From: Bacteriovoracia bacterium
GTDB taxonomy: Bacteria; Bdellovibrionota; Bacteriovoracia; Bacteriovoracales; Bacteriovoracaceae
Assembly (NCBI GenBank): GCA_046570105.1
Contig: JBKHVI010000025.1
Location: 1 to 38,384 of the forward strand
Reading direction: 5' to 3'
DNA length: 38,384 nucleotides
The notes beneath the pieces are model-generated. The model did no database searches, was not told the origin of the DNA, and saw only the letters and a list, made by a program, of their open reading frames with translations. The position numbers and the translations under genes are program-made. Shown piece by piece: positions 1 to 9,307 of this stretch. Each line of letters starts with the position of its first letter. The first letter of the stretch is position 1.

Positions 1-1
1 G

Positions 2-1999
2 GGACGCAAAAACCTCGCTCAAACACAGCTCTTAGGAGAGGGGACGATTGCCTCTCACTCGGTTCATGTGCGCTTAAAACCAGTGGAAAATGCCATCGTG
101 CTTGAGTGGCAAAAAGAACTTACTCAAGAATTTGATGATCCAGCAGTACGTGTTTCTTTGCCACAAGATACCAGTGAGCAGACCGCTCGCTCGGGTAAAC
201 TCTTTGGTGATTATTTGCAACTCGCTTCGCTCGTGGCATTGATTCTAGCAGTTGTAGGAACGTTCTATCTTTTTAGAACGCTGGTTCATCGTCGTTTGAA
301 AGATGTGGCGATTTTACGCGCCTTAGGGGTTTCCTCACTTAAGGCCCGTGAACTGTTACTCTTGCCACTCTTACTAGATTTCTTATTAGCTCTACCTTTA
401 GCAGGACTTTTCTCGGCCGCGACCTTTCCCTTAATCACCAAAGTCTTAGCTCAGCTTTTTTCAACCGTTCTCCCCATGACCAGTTTTCCTTGGTCAGTCA
501 CTCTCGCGCTGCCATTCATTCTCGCCATGGTGCTGATGAGTTTGATGCCGGCGGTAGAGGAAGCGGTCCGTGCTCCTGTTATGGGTCTTTTGCAAGACCA
601 AGAAAAAAGCGGTGTGGTGCCTCTGCGTTTTAGTATTCTCTATGTCGTCGGAGCCTTGGCGTCGCTAGTCGGTCTTTCGATTTGGGCGGCCCATTCAGTC
701 AAAATTGGTTTGCTCTTTGTGGCTGGTCTTATGGTGGCGATCTTAGTCTTAACCGGTGCGACTCTACTGTTGCGCTTAATAGGTGAGTCGATCTTAAAAC
801 GCAGCTCAAGTCTCAGTGCTGGAGTGGGACTGATGACGGGACTTGTGATTCGTCGCTTGTTACGAAAACCCGTCACGACACTTTTATCAGTCATTGCTTT
901 AGGTCTTGGTTCAGTACTCATTTCTTTGTTAGGGCATTTGGAATTATCCATCGGCCAAGAATTTAGTCTGGGGGAAAAAGATCGGCCTTCACTCTTTTTA
1001 TTCGACATTCAAGACGAGCAGACAGAACCTCTGCGGGCCTACTTAGGCGACGAGAAGGTGCCCTTGCAGGCGATCTCTCCCATGGTGAGAGGTAAGCTCG
1101 TAGCGGTCAATGAAGAGCCCTTCAAAAAAGAAAAATCACCCACCATGTTTCAGACTCGTGAAGAAGAGAATGAAGCACGATTCCGTCAGCGCATGATGAA
1201 TCTAAGCTGGGCGACTGGTCTTAACGAGAGCGAACGTATTGTTGAAGGCGTTGATTTCAAAGATGCCAAAGTCAAAGACGGTGAAGCCCCACTCTCGCTT
1301 GAACGTCGCTTCGCTCAACGTTTGGGCATTAATCTGGGCGATATGATCACTTTTGAAATTTTAGGTGTGCCTCTGGTTGGCCGGGTGGTCAATCTTCGCA
1401 GTGTAAAGTGGACAAGCTTTCGTCCTAATTTCTTTATTACGTTTGCTCCGGGTTTTTTAGAAGAGGCGCCTAAGAGTTGGTTGGCGGCGATAGGGGACAT
1501 GCCGGCCATGGAGAAGGCCCGTTTGCAAAATTCCATGGCCAAAAAATTTCCCAATATTTCCGCCATTGATGTGGAGCAACTCACCGTTCGATTGATGGAA
1601 CTCTTCAATCGTTTAAAACAGGCCCTGCAACTGATGGCCTTCTTTTCTTTCTTGGTTGGCATTGTAGTGGTCTCCGCCATGGCGCAAGACCAGGTTATTC
1701 GACGTCAGGCCGAGGTCATGTTGGAAAAAACTTTGGGTCTCTCACCTTGGCGCGTGACGTTGATGGTGATGGGGGAGTTCTTGGGGTTGGCGCTCTTGGC
1801 CTTTACCTTGGGAGGCCTGGCCGGAGCGGGGATTGCCGGACTTCTGACGGTTTACGTCTTTGAAGGTGAAATGATTTGGAGTTATCAACTTTTAATCTCA
1901 CTGACTTTAGGTGGAATGCTCCTAGTGTCATTACCTCTTTTGTTTATGGCACGACGGATTTTTACCTGGCGTCCAGCTGGACTGCTTCAGGGGGCTTGA
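2..1999 (+). CDS. ABC transporter permease, FtsX-like (YbbP-type), 5'-truncated by the window edge
   Basis: Frame is open from position 2. Two 4-TM FtsX-like blocks (RRLKDVAILRALG motif) flank a periplasmic domain with PSLFLFDIQ, NLSW and LRSVKWTSFRPNFF, typical of YbbP-type permeases. Confidence 0.85.
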   Translation, partial: GRKNLAQTQLLGEGTIASHSVHVRLKPVENAIVLEWQKELTQEFDDPAVRVSLPQDTSEQTARSGKLFGDYLQLASLVALILAVVGTFYLFRTLVHRRLKDVAILRALGVSSLKARELLLLPLLLDFLLALPLAGLFSAATFPLITKVLAQLFSTVLPMTSFPWSVTLALPFILAMVLMSLMPAVEEAVRAPVMGLLQDQEKSGVVPLRFSILYVVGALASLVGLSIWAAHSVKIGLLFVAGLMVAILVLTGATLLLRLIGESILKRSSSLSAGVGLMTGLVIRRLLRKPVTTLLSVIALGLGSVLISLLGHLELSIGQEFSLGEKDRPSLFLFDIQDEQTEPLRAYLGDEKVPLQAISPMVRGKLVAVNEEPFKKEKSPTMFQTREEENEARFRQRMMNLSWATGLNESERIVEGVDFKDAKVKDGEAPLSLERRFAQRLGINLGDMITFEILGVPLVGRVVNLRSVKWTSFRPNFFITFAPGFLEEAPKSWLAAIGDMPAMEKARLQNSMAKKFPNISAIDVEQLTVRLMELFNRLKQALQLMAFFSFLVGIVVVSAMAQDQVIRRQAEVMLEKTLGLSPWRVTLMVMGEFLGLALLAFTLGGLAGAGIAGLLTVYVFEGEMIWSYQLLISLTLGGMLLVSLPLLFMARRIFTWRPAGLLQGA

Positions 2000-2029
2000 G
2001 ATAAAATTTAAGCTCTCAAAGGTTGCTTG

Positions 2030-2701
2030 ATGTTTGGTATCGACCTCAGTCCAGAGGGTCTTTTAACTTTTTTCTCTGCCTACGCCTATCAGCCGTGGTT
2101 GGTTTACACGTTCATTATTGTTTTCATGACGGCGAGCTCGTTTGGTTTACCGATGCCAGAGGAAGTCGTTTTAGTGAGTGCCGGACTGGTTGCATTTCTT
2201 GCTAAAAATCCAGAACGATTCCCACCGCCCACTCCTGATGCTGAAGGAGTTAATGTTTATACCTTGATGGCCGTGTGTTTTTTGGCAGTGTTTTTGTCGG
2301 ATCTCTTGGTCTACTCAATTGGAAAATTCTTAGGTCATCGTTTAATTAAATATCCTGTTATTAAGCGCCAATTAGAAGGCAAGACATACGCCACTATTCA
2401 AAATTGGTTTCATAAGTACGGTAGTTGGTGCTGTGCTTTTTTCCGTTTCACTCCAGGACTCAGATTCCCGGGCCATCTCTCCTGCGGTATTTTAGGGATT
2501 CCGCTCTGGAAATTTATGTTGATTGATGGCACGGCCGCACTTATTTCAGTACCGACGCAAGTCTGGTTTGTTTCAACTTACGGTGAAAAGATCTTCGGCA
2601 CTCTTCAGCAATTTAAATTTTATCTTTTCGGCTTTATGGCGATCGCTTTCTTAGTGTGGTGGATTCGTGGCCGCTTCAAGAAAGATGTGTCACCCGTTTA
2701 A
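2030..2701 (+). CDS. DedA family membrane protein
   Basis: FGLPMPEEVVLVSAG and FFRFTPGLR DedA motifs; hydrophobic helices. ATG at 2030 (TTG 2027 alternative). Confidence 0.9.
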   Translation: MFGIDLSPEGLLTFFSAYAYQPWLVYTFIIVFMTASSFGLPMPEEVVLVSAGLVAFLAKNPERFPPPTPDAEGVNVYTLMAVCFLAVFLSDLLVYSIGKFLGHRLIKYPVIKRQLEGKTYATIQNWFHKYGSWCCAFFRFTPGLRFPGHLSCGILGIPLWKFMLIDGTAALISVPTQVWFVSTYGEKIFGTLQQFKFYLFGFMAIAFLVWWIRGRFKKDVSPV

Positions 2702-4166
2702 TAAAATCTTCGGCTGCTGAGAAAATTCTTTGGCGGCGCTCTTTATCCATTTTATCAAGCGACCCCATCGCCGCCCCCATGCGCATGTTTTTAGCAAAGA
2801 ACTCACGATGCTTTTCCATAAAGCGCCAATAGAGTCCATCCATCACATCACACCATGGTCCCTCCGGGTAAGATGACATTTTGCGAATATAGTTTGAGCC
2901 ACAGATATAGGGTTTAGTGGCAAATATTCCGCCATCAGAAAATTGCGCCATTCCCCAGACATTGGGGCCCATCACCCAGTCGGCCGAGTCGACAAACATT
3001 TCCATAAACCAGCGGTGCACGTCGTGGGGATGGACTTCACACAAGAGCATAATATTTGAGAGCACCATCAATCGCTCAATATGATGGCAGTAACCTAAGC
3101 GATCGGCTTTTTTGATGGCATCATCTAACACCGGCACGCCGGTTGTTCCATCGTACCAATGCTTCGTCAGGCGACGTTTATGGTCAAAGAAGTTTTTTTC
3201 AACTTGGATATGATTGAATCCACGATAGATGCCATGAATGAATTCACGCCAGCCGATCACTTGGCGCACGAATCCTTCTACTGAATTTAGCGGCATCTTA
3301 CGCTCGAGAAGTTTTGGCACTTGCTGCATCAACATCTCAGGCGGCAGGAATCCAATATTCATATAAGGCGAGAGCGTTGAGTGATAAACAAAATCAGAGT
3401 GGGGTGTCAGCGCGTCTTCGTAATCACCAAAGAGCGCCAGTCGATTTTTGAAAAAATCACCAGCGACCACTTTGGCACGAGAGCGACTGGTTTCTAGCCA
3501 GAAGTCTTCAGATTTTCCCGGATGAGCAGCAAATTTTTTATCCACCAGCTTCATCACTTCTTTCACTAAAGGAGTAATTTCAACTTTCGGAAGCGAAGGA
3601 GGAATAAGATCTTTAGGAAGTTTTTTGCGGTTGTCGGCATCAAAACTATACTTACCTCCCACAGGCTTGCCCTTAGCATCCATCAAAATGCCGCTCTTTT
3701 TACGCTGGCCTTCGTAGAAGGTTTTCATAAAGGGTTTTTTGCCCTGAGCGAGATAGTCTGTGAAATCCTGGCGAGACGTCATGAATTTGGGTGACGCCAT
3801 GATTGTCCATGTCACCGCGAGCTTTTTAAATGATTTTGCCAGTTCAGCTTCAAAGAACATGTCATCGACAGCAAAACTCACGATTTCAGTTATCTTTTTT
3901 GTCTCAATCCATTTTTCTAATCGTGCGATAAAACTCTTATCACCGTCTTTGGCATCGAGAGCACTATAATCGATTTTAAGGCCCGACTCTTTCATCTCCT
4001 GGTGGAATTGGCGCATACTCGCGAGAAAAAAAATAATCTTGTGTTTGTGATATTTGAAATGAGTGCAAAGACCTAAGTCTTCCGCCATAAAGGCCGGTAG
4101 TGAGAGATGCTTCTTCCACACCACATCGGGGAAAAGTTGATCTCCAAGAATAAGCAAACCTTTCAT
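2676..4166 (-). CDS. Cryptochrome/photolyase family protein, bacterial (6-4) photolyase (PhrB/CryB clade)
   Basis: N-terminal LILGDQL, HKHKI, GGKYSFDADNRK, FGDYEDA, EGFVRQVIGWREF, YCHHIERLM, DSADWVMGPNVWGM, TKPY. Confidence 0.92.
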   Translation of the reverse strand: MKGLLILGDQLFPDVVWKKHLSLPAFMAEDLGLCTHFKYHKHKIIFFLASMRQFHQEMKESGLKIDYSALDAKDGDKSFIARLEKWIETKKITEIVSFAVDDMFFEAELAKSFKKLAVTWTIMASPKFMTSRQDFTDYLAQGKKPFMKTFYEGQRKKSGILMDAKGKPVGGKYSFDADNRKKLPKDLIPPSLPKVEITPLVKEVMKLVDKKFAAHPGKSEDFWLETSRSRAKVVAGDFFKNRLALFGDYEDALTPHSDFVYHSTLSPYMNIGFLPPEMLMQQVPKLLERKMPLNSVEGFVRQVIGWREFIHGIYRGFNHIQVEKNFFDHKRRLTKHWYDGTTGVPVLDDAIKKADRLGYCHHIERLMVLSNIMLLCEVHPHDVHRWFMEMFVDSADWVMGPNVWGMAQFSDGGIFATKPYICGSNYIRKMSSYPEGPWCDVMDGLYWRFMEKHREFFAKNMRMGAAMGSLDKMDKERRQRIFSAAEDFIKRVTHLS

Positions 4167-4172
4167 GAGACC

Positions 4173-4649
4173 CTAGAGAAAAAGGTCGCAGACCTCTTCT
4201 AAGGCCAGCGGAAATCCTTTGCGGAATTCCGTCAGATCATTCCACACAAGAACTTTCTTTTTCTCTATTTTGGCTTGGTTGTCCCAGGAATGTTCAGGAT
4301 GGGCCCAATTCACATGAGCGGTGAGGGTGATCTTACCCAGATCGGCAGTCAGTTGATGAATCTCGACTTTGACTCTTGAGACAATCGCCGGGTTTTGTTC
4401 GCGAGGGATGGTTTTAGCGAGGTTTTTCACGGCCTCTTTAATTCCAGCGTGATTGGTTTTAAGTGCCTGGCCCATATTCGTTTCACGGCCCTCCATCCAA
4501 AGCACACTGCCTTCGACGGAAATTTGCGGATCATTGAGGTAGCGATGGGCAAAACTCTCAAGTGTGTGCTGCATAAAGCTCATTAAGGCCTCGGCATGCT
4601 GGAAACTTTGGCGAAGTTTCGCTTCCCACTCTTTTTTCTCTTGTTCCAT
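4173..4649 (-). CDS. Hypothetical protein (~158 aa)
   Basis: ATG at 4649 preceded by AGGA. The longer 4733 start would overlap alkB. Stop lies 6 bp upstream of the photolyase start (same strand). Confidence 0.7.
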   Translation of the reverse strand: MEQEKKEWEAKLRQSFQHAEALMSFMQHTLESFAHRYLNDPQISVEGSVLWMEGRETNMGQALKTNHAGIKEAVKNLAKTIPREQNPAIVSRVKVEIHQLTADLGKITLTAHVNWAHPEHSWDNQAKIEKKKVLVWNDLTEFRKGFPLALEEVCDLFL

Positions 4650-4666
4650 CGCGCTATCCTTAGTCA

Positions 4667-5320
4667 ATGAACTGGCAGAGGCCTCGTCCTGATTTTTTTG
4701 TCGCCCACGACTTTTTCGAAATCGAAGAGGCACGAGACTATTTAAACCGAATTCTCACTCTCGGGCAGGACGCTGTGCGAGGTTTTCACCATCCCGACCT
4801 GAAGCCCAATCGTTTTCATGCCAGGCCTAAGTACCCAGTGGATCATTATATGGGGCTAGGGCTTTACTGGAACCCTCTCGATTATTTGTACCACCCATCT
4901 CTTCCCGATCTTGATAAGGCCCCTCATCCGATTCCGGAGTGGCTACAGAAGATTGGCAAAACCATTGTGTTGGATTGTTTTCCAGCAACCCAGAACTGGC
5001 AGGCGCAAGCAGTCTTGGTCAACTACTACACTCAGGGCCGCAAAATGGGGTGGCACGTGGACAAGGAAGAGCAGGACAAGCAGGCACCTGTCGTGGGACT
5101 CAATTTTGGTGGCACAGCACGTTTTTATTACGAAACGCTTGCGGGAAAAGAAGAGAGCATCCTTATTCCTGGCAACTCGGTTTATTGTTTTGGTGGAAGT
5201 GCCAGGCTTATGCGACATGCGGTGGGTGGAGCTTATAAAAAGAGTCTGAGTTTTGAGAGCAGTGGTTTGTTAAAAGAGGGTGAGCGAGTGAATCTCACTC
5301 TTAGGAAAGTGTGGGCCTAG
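4667..5320 (+). CDS. alkB: AlkB-family 2-oxoglutarate/Fe(II) dioxygenase
   Basis: LVNYY-x5-MGWHVD (HxD), PVVGLNFG, distal His (MRHAV) and RVNLTLR. Confidence 0.85.
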   Translation: MNWQRPRPDFFVAHDFFEIEEARDYLNRILTLGQDAVRGFHHPDLKPNRFHARPKYPVDHYMGLGLYWNPLDYLYHPSLPDLDKAPHPIPEWLQKIGKTIVLDCFPATQNWQAQAVLVNYYTQGRKMGWHVDKEEQDKQAPVVGLNFGGTARFYYETLAGKEESILIPGNSVYCFGGSARLMRHAVGGAYKKSLSFESSGLLKEGERVNLTLRKVWA

Positions 5321-6257
5321 CGAAAGTTTCGCGCACCTTGATGAGCATTTTAGCAAAGATCGATAGGCTTGCCTTCGAGCGATCTGTCGCCAAGAGTGCA
5401 AAGCGTTCATTCAGGCTTTTCTCAAGTGAGAGAGAGAATTCCACCACAACATTCAGCGCTGCTTGCAGTTCCGCCTGACAGTTGAATTCACCTGTTTGAC
5501 GGAAATGCTCAAAACTTATTTGTAGTTCAGGATTTCTTTCAAGCATTTTGACAGTCACAAAGTTGAGCTGTCCGTTACGAAGATCGGCAGCAAAGGGTTT
5601 GCCTGAATGAGGATTAAAATCATTCACATCATCAAGCATCTGGAAGAAGACACCGATATCATCGCCTAGGGTTTTGCAAAGGTTTTGGATATCTTCAGTC
5701 TGATGAGAAAGCTTGGCCGGAACGAGGCAGCTCCACATCATCAGGCTGCCGGTTTTTTTGCGAGCGACTGTTTCAAGCTCTGCCCAAGTCGCCATTCCAC
5801 GCGTTTTGATATGGGCCTGGAGCCACTCACCATCGGCCAGATCTTTAATGGCATCAGTGAGCGTCTGAATGATTTCTAAGCGGCCATGCTTAAGTAAATC
5901 GCCGATCACACGGGCGAGGAGAAAATCTCCCGCTAAAATCGCCTGAGTATTGTTAAAGCGATGATTGATGGTGGGGATTTTTCTTCGTTCAGCGGCCGCA
6001 TCAATGACATCGTCATGAACCAGCGATGCTGTATGGGTCATTTCCACGGCGCGGGCGTAGGGGACGAGATCTGCTTCTGAGAGTCCAAATACTTCGCCAA
6101 ATAAAAAGACTAAAGCGGGGCGGAAGCGCTTACCTGAATGATCAAAGAGTGAGTGAAGTTCTTGCGGAAGACCAGAAACGGCTTCATGGGAGTGGAAATT
6201 GAAGTCCAAGCGATTAACGGCGTCTAAGATATTTGAACCTAGTTTAAGACCTTGCAC
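5301..6257 (-). CDS. Long-chain polyprenyl diphosphate synthase (IspB/HepT-like)
   Basis: GKRFRP, FARM HTASLVHDDVID..RR, AILAGDFL, KKTG, SARM FQMLDDVND. GTG start with AGGGAGG RBS. Confidence 0.9.
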   Translation of the reverse strand: MQGLKLGSNILDAVNRLDFNFHSHEAVSGLPQELHSLFDHSGKRFRPALVFLFGEVFGLSEADLVPYARAVEMTHTASLVHDDVIDAAAERRKIPTINHRFNNTQAILAGDFLLARVIGDLLKHGRLEIIQTLTDAIKDLADGEWLQAHIKTRGMATWAELETVARKKTGSLMMWSCLVPAKLSHQTEDIQNLCKTLGDDIGVFFQMLDDVNDFNPHSGKPFAADLRNGQLNFVTVKMLERNPELQISFEHFRQTGEFNCQAELQAALNVVVEFSLSLEKSLNERFALLATDRSKASLSIFAKMLIKVRETFARPTLS

Positions 6258-6383
6258 GTCAATCCTCCCTATAGGGCCAATTTATGCGAAGAGAGGCCAG
6301 CTGGCCAGGGCCGCCTAGGATTTGATGATTCACCAAAGCTTGCCAAGTATGAGAAACTAGCTGCTTAGACCGGGAGGCCTTTT

Positions 6384-6914
6384 ATGAAAAATCTACTTAT
6401 GTTCATTGTTTTAGGGTTTATGTTCCAAGCTCAAGCCGCGAGCTTCCATGATATTGTTGAAAAGGACATTAATGGCAAGGAAATGAAGCTTTCTACTCTC
6501 AAGGGAAAGGTCGTTTTAATCGTCAATATTGCCAGTCAATGTGGCTTCACTCCTCAGCTAGAGGATTTGCAAAAGTTGCAAACGGAATACGCCAGTAAGG
6601 GCTTCACTGTTTTGGGTGTTCCTTCCAATGAGTTTGGTGGGCAAACGCCGGAAGCCGATCAAGACATGAAAGAGTTTTGTCAGAAGAAATACAATGTGAA
6701 TTTTCCGCTGCTCTCAAAAGGCAAAGTGAACGGCAAAGAGCGCCGCCCACTTTATACTTATCTAACCAGCAATAAAAAAACTTCGGGTGATATTGGCTGG
6801 AATTTTGTGAAGTTCATGGTGGGGAAGGACGGCAAGATTATTGATCGCTGGACATCACTCACGACACCCAAGTCTGAGAGTATCGTTAAAGCATTGGAGC
6901 AAGCACTCAAATGA
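6384..6914 (+). CDS. Glutathione peroxidase family protein with signal peptide
   Basis: VNIASQCGFTPQ, LGVPSNEFGGQ, IGWNFVKF; N-terminal Sec-like signal ending AQA; GGGAGG RBS. Confidence 0.92.
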   Translation: MKNLLMFIVLGFMFQAQAASFHDIVEKDINGKEMKLSTLKGKVVLIVNIASQCGFTPQLEDLQKLQTEYASKGFTVLGVPSNEFGGQTPEADQDMKEFCQKKYNVNFPLLSKGKVNGKERRPLYTYLTSNKKTSGDIGWNFVKFMVGKDGKIIDRWTSLTTPKSESIVKALEQALK

Positions 6915-8332
6915 AAAGTCTCGCCGTGATTGGAGCTGGTGGGGGTGGGATGGCCTCTGCACTTCTGGCCCAATCCCATGGCGTGGATACAACTTTGTTT
7001 GAATCTCATCGCACACCCGGTGGCTCAGCGGGCTGGTTTCGTCGTGGGCTTTTTAGTTTTGATGTCGGCGCCACCACTCTAAGTGGCATTGGAGTGGATC
7101 GTCCGCTCACTCGTTTTTGCGAAATAACCGGTGCACCCTTGCGTGTTTGGGCGGCCGATCCTGGTATCACGTTTCATTTAGGCACTGAGATTTTTTCTTA
7201 CCGCCGCGATCGAGAGTTTTGGTTAACTGAGTTACAGCGTGTATTCCCAGACATCGCTCATCGAAAATTTTGGGATGATATCGAAAGTTTGCAGCAGCGG
7301 GCCTGGCAACTTCTTCCCAGTCTACATCATTTTCCTCCCGCAAGATTGAGCGATTTAAAAGAGCTGCCGCAATGGCTTAGAGGCACACCCCTCTTACCAA
7401 CGATCGCGATGGATCTCACCACCTTTCGTCGCATGCGCCAAGGGAGCACTCAGAAGTTTGAGCGTTGGTTGAATGCACTTTGCATGATCTCGGCGCAAAA
7501 CCGAGCTGACGAAGTGCCTGCCCTGATTGGTGCCCTTGCCCTGACATATCCGGCAGAAACATATCTCCCGCAAGGTGGGATGGAGGGTTTGTTTTCGGGA
7601 TGGCTCAAGCATTTTCAAAAACTCGGCGGAGATTTTCGTCCTCAAAGCGAGATCACTCATCTTGGAATTGATGAGAACTGCCAGTTAACACTCACGGACA
7701 CGACTGAAAGCTTTCAACATGTGGTGGCCAATTTAACCAGCTGGTCACTTGATGCCTTATTAGGATTAGAGTCGAATTCGCCTGAAGTGGGGTGGGGAGC
7801 TTTCACCCTCTATGCTGCTATTCGAACGGATGATCAACCTATTCGTGAGAGCTATCATTTGGTGATGCCGGATGAGGGAATAGATGATTATTTTGTCTCG
7901 CTCTCTCATCCCGAAGATCTTGAGCGTGCTCCAGCTGGCTGGCAAACGTTGACACTTTCACAGCACACAATTGTTGAGGATTGGTGGGAGCTCTCTCAAG
8001 TTGAATATCAGGCGAAGAAAAAAGCCCGTATGGAGATGATCTGGCAGGATGTTTTAAAAAGATTTCCCCAGATTAAAGAAGTGAAGTTTTTAACGGCGGG
8101 AACACCAAAAACTTTTTTCCATTACACACGTCGCACGCAGGGAAGAGTGGGGGGAAGACCTCACAAAAAGAGTCATCCTTTTTGGCTTTGGCCCTCTCAC
8201 TATCAGAGGCCGAACTTATCACAAGTTGGTGATACTGTTTTCCCTGGCCAAGGACTTGTGGCAGTCGTCACGAGTGCCATGAACTGGTGGCATGGTTCAG
8301 TGTTGAATCCGCACCTCAAGAGGCGTGGATGA
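6911..8332 (+). CDS. FAD-dependent oxidoreductase, phytoene desaturase (CrtI/CrtD) superfamily
   Basis: Rossmann VIGAGGGG, FE..PGG.A..F.R....FDVGAT, TPKTF..YT.R..G.VGG, GDTVFPGQG. ATGA overlap with the peroxidase gene. Confidence 0.8.
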   Translation: MKSLAVIGAGGGGMASALLAQSHGVDTTLFESHRTPGGSAGWFRRGLFSFDVGATTLSGIGVDRPLTRFCEITGAPLRVWAADPGITFHLGTEIFSYRRDREFWLTELQRVFPDIAHRKFWDDIESLQQRAWQLLPSLHHFPPARLSDLKELPQWLRGTPLLPTIAMDLTTFRRMRQGSTQKFERWLNALCMISAQNRADEVPALIGALALTYPAETYLPQGGMEGLFSGWLKHFQKLGGDFRPQSEITHLGIDENCQLTLTDTTESFQHVVANLTSWSLDALLGLESNSPEVGWGAFTLYAAIRTDDQPIRESYHLVMPDEGIDDYFVSLSHPEDLERAPAGWQTLTLSQHTIVEDWWELSQVEYQAKKKARMEMIWQDVLKRFPQIKEVKFLTAGTPKTFFHYTRRTQGRVGGRPHKKSHPFWLWPSHYQRPNLSQVGDTVFPGQGLVAVVTSAMNWWHGSVLNPHLKRRG

Positions 8333-9184
8333 GCGCAGGTGCAGATCTCGCTGCGGGTAACTAATTTCCACTTGCGCTTCTCGATAGACTTTTTCGAGTG
8401 CGAAGCGAATATCACTGCGGCACTGCATGAGTGAATCAACTTTATCAACGTCTGCCCAAAACAAAAGTTTGAACATGAGTGAGTTGTCGCCGAACTCATT
8501 AAAGATCACTCGCGCCTGAGGTGATTTTTCGACAAAAGGCATCTCCTGCAAAACTTTGAGTGCCAGATTACGAACCTTCTCCAAATCAGAACCATAGGCA
8601 ACACCGACATCAACTTCGGCACGTACCACCGCTGTACGATTACTCCAATTTAAGACGGCTTTTTCGAGAAACATGCTATTCGGCACAATCCAGATTTTAT
8701 TTTCTTGAGTACGTATGCGAGTGGCGCGAGTGCCAATCTCAAGCACCGTCCCAGTGATGCTATCAACTTCGACAACATCACCAACCTTGAGCGGTCGCTC
8801 GGCCATGAGAATAAGGCCGGAAATAAAATTGTTAACAATATTCTGTGAACCAAAACCGATACCAATCGCTAGTGCACCACCAACAACCGTGAAGACTGTC
8901 AGCGGAATTCCCGCGATGCTGAGGGAGATAACAAAGAATAAAACAAAGTTCGCCGTGTAAATCATGCGGCGATAGGTGTTCAAGGCCTGCGAGTCAGGGT
9001 GGAAAGGCTCAACCACTTTTTTCAGAATCAATTTAGAGAGAATTCGAGCCAGACGATTAGTGAGGAGGAGGAGTGTTCCTGCCAAGAGAACATTGCCCAA
9101 TGTGAGTTGCACATCTTGCACAGTAAACAATTTGAGATGCCAAAATTGATCGAGAATGGCCTTGATTTCGAGTAGGGCTTCCAT
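8297..9184 (-). CDS. Small-conductance mechanosensitive channel (MscS family)
   Basis: GALAIGIGFGSQNIVNNFISGLIL, VGDVVEV, IVPNS, VGVAYGSD, ISYPQRDLH. Confidence 0.92.
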   Translation of the reverse strand: MEALLEIKAILDQFWHLKLFTVQDVQLTLGNVLLAGTLLLLTNRLARILSKLILKKVVEPFHPDSQALNTYRRMIYTANFVLFFVISLSIAGIPLTVFTVVGGALAIGIGFGSQNIVNNFISGLILMAERPLKVGDVVEVDSITGTVLEIGTRATRIRTQENKIWIVPNSMFLEKAVLNWSNRTAVVRAEVDVGVAYGSDLEKVRNLALKVLQEMPFVEKSPQARVIFNEFGDNSLMFKLLFWADVDKVDSLMQCRSDIRFALEKVYREAQVEISYPQRDLHLRSSTPLEVRIQH

Positions 9185-9307
9185 ATTTAACCATCTGTTT
9201 TTATTAAAATTTTTTCAGACACGATGCCTTTTGTGCCCCGAGGAGTCAAGTCTCTCTTTTTTGCAGAGCTGGTGGACGAGAACACTTGTTTGATATATAA
9301 AACACTC

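Noticed and set aside
6384..6914. Possible selenocysteine in the glutathione peroxidase
   Set aside because: The active-site codon is TGT (Cys) and there is no in-frame TGA.
5301..8332. Carotenoid gene cluster (crtE + crtI)
   Set aside because: The synthase has a DDxxD first motif without insertion and small residues upstream (long-chain type); no phytoene synthase or cyclase in the window.
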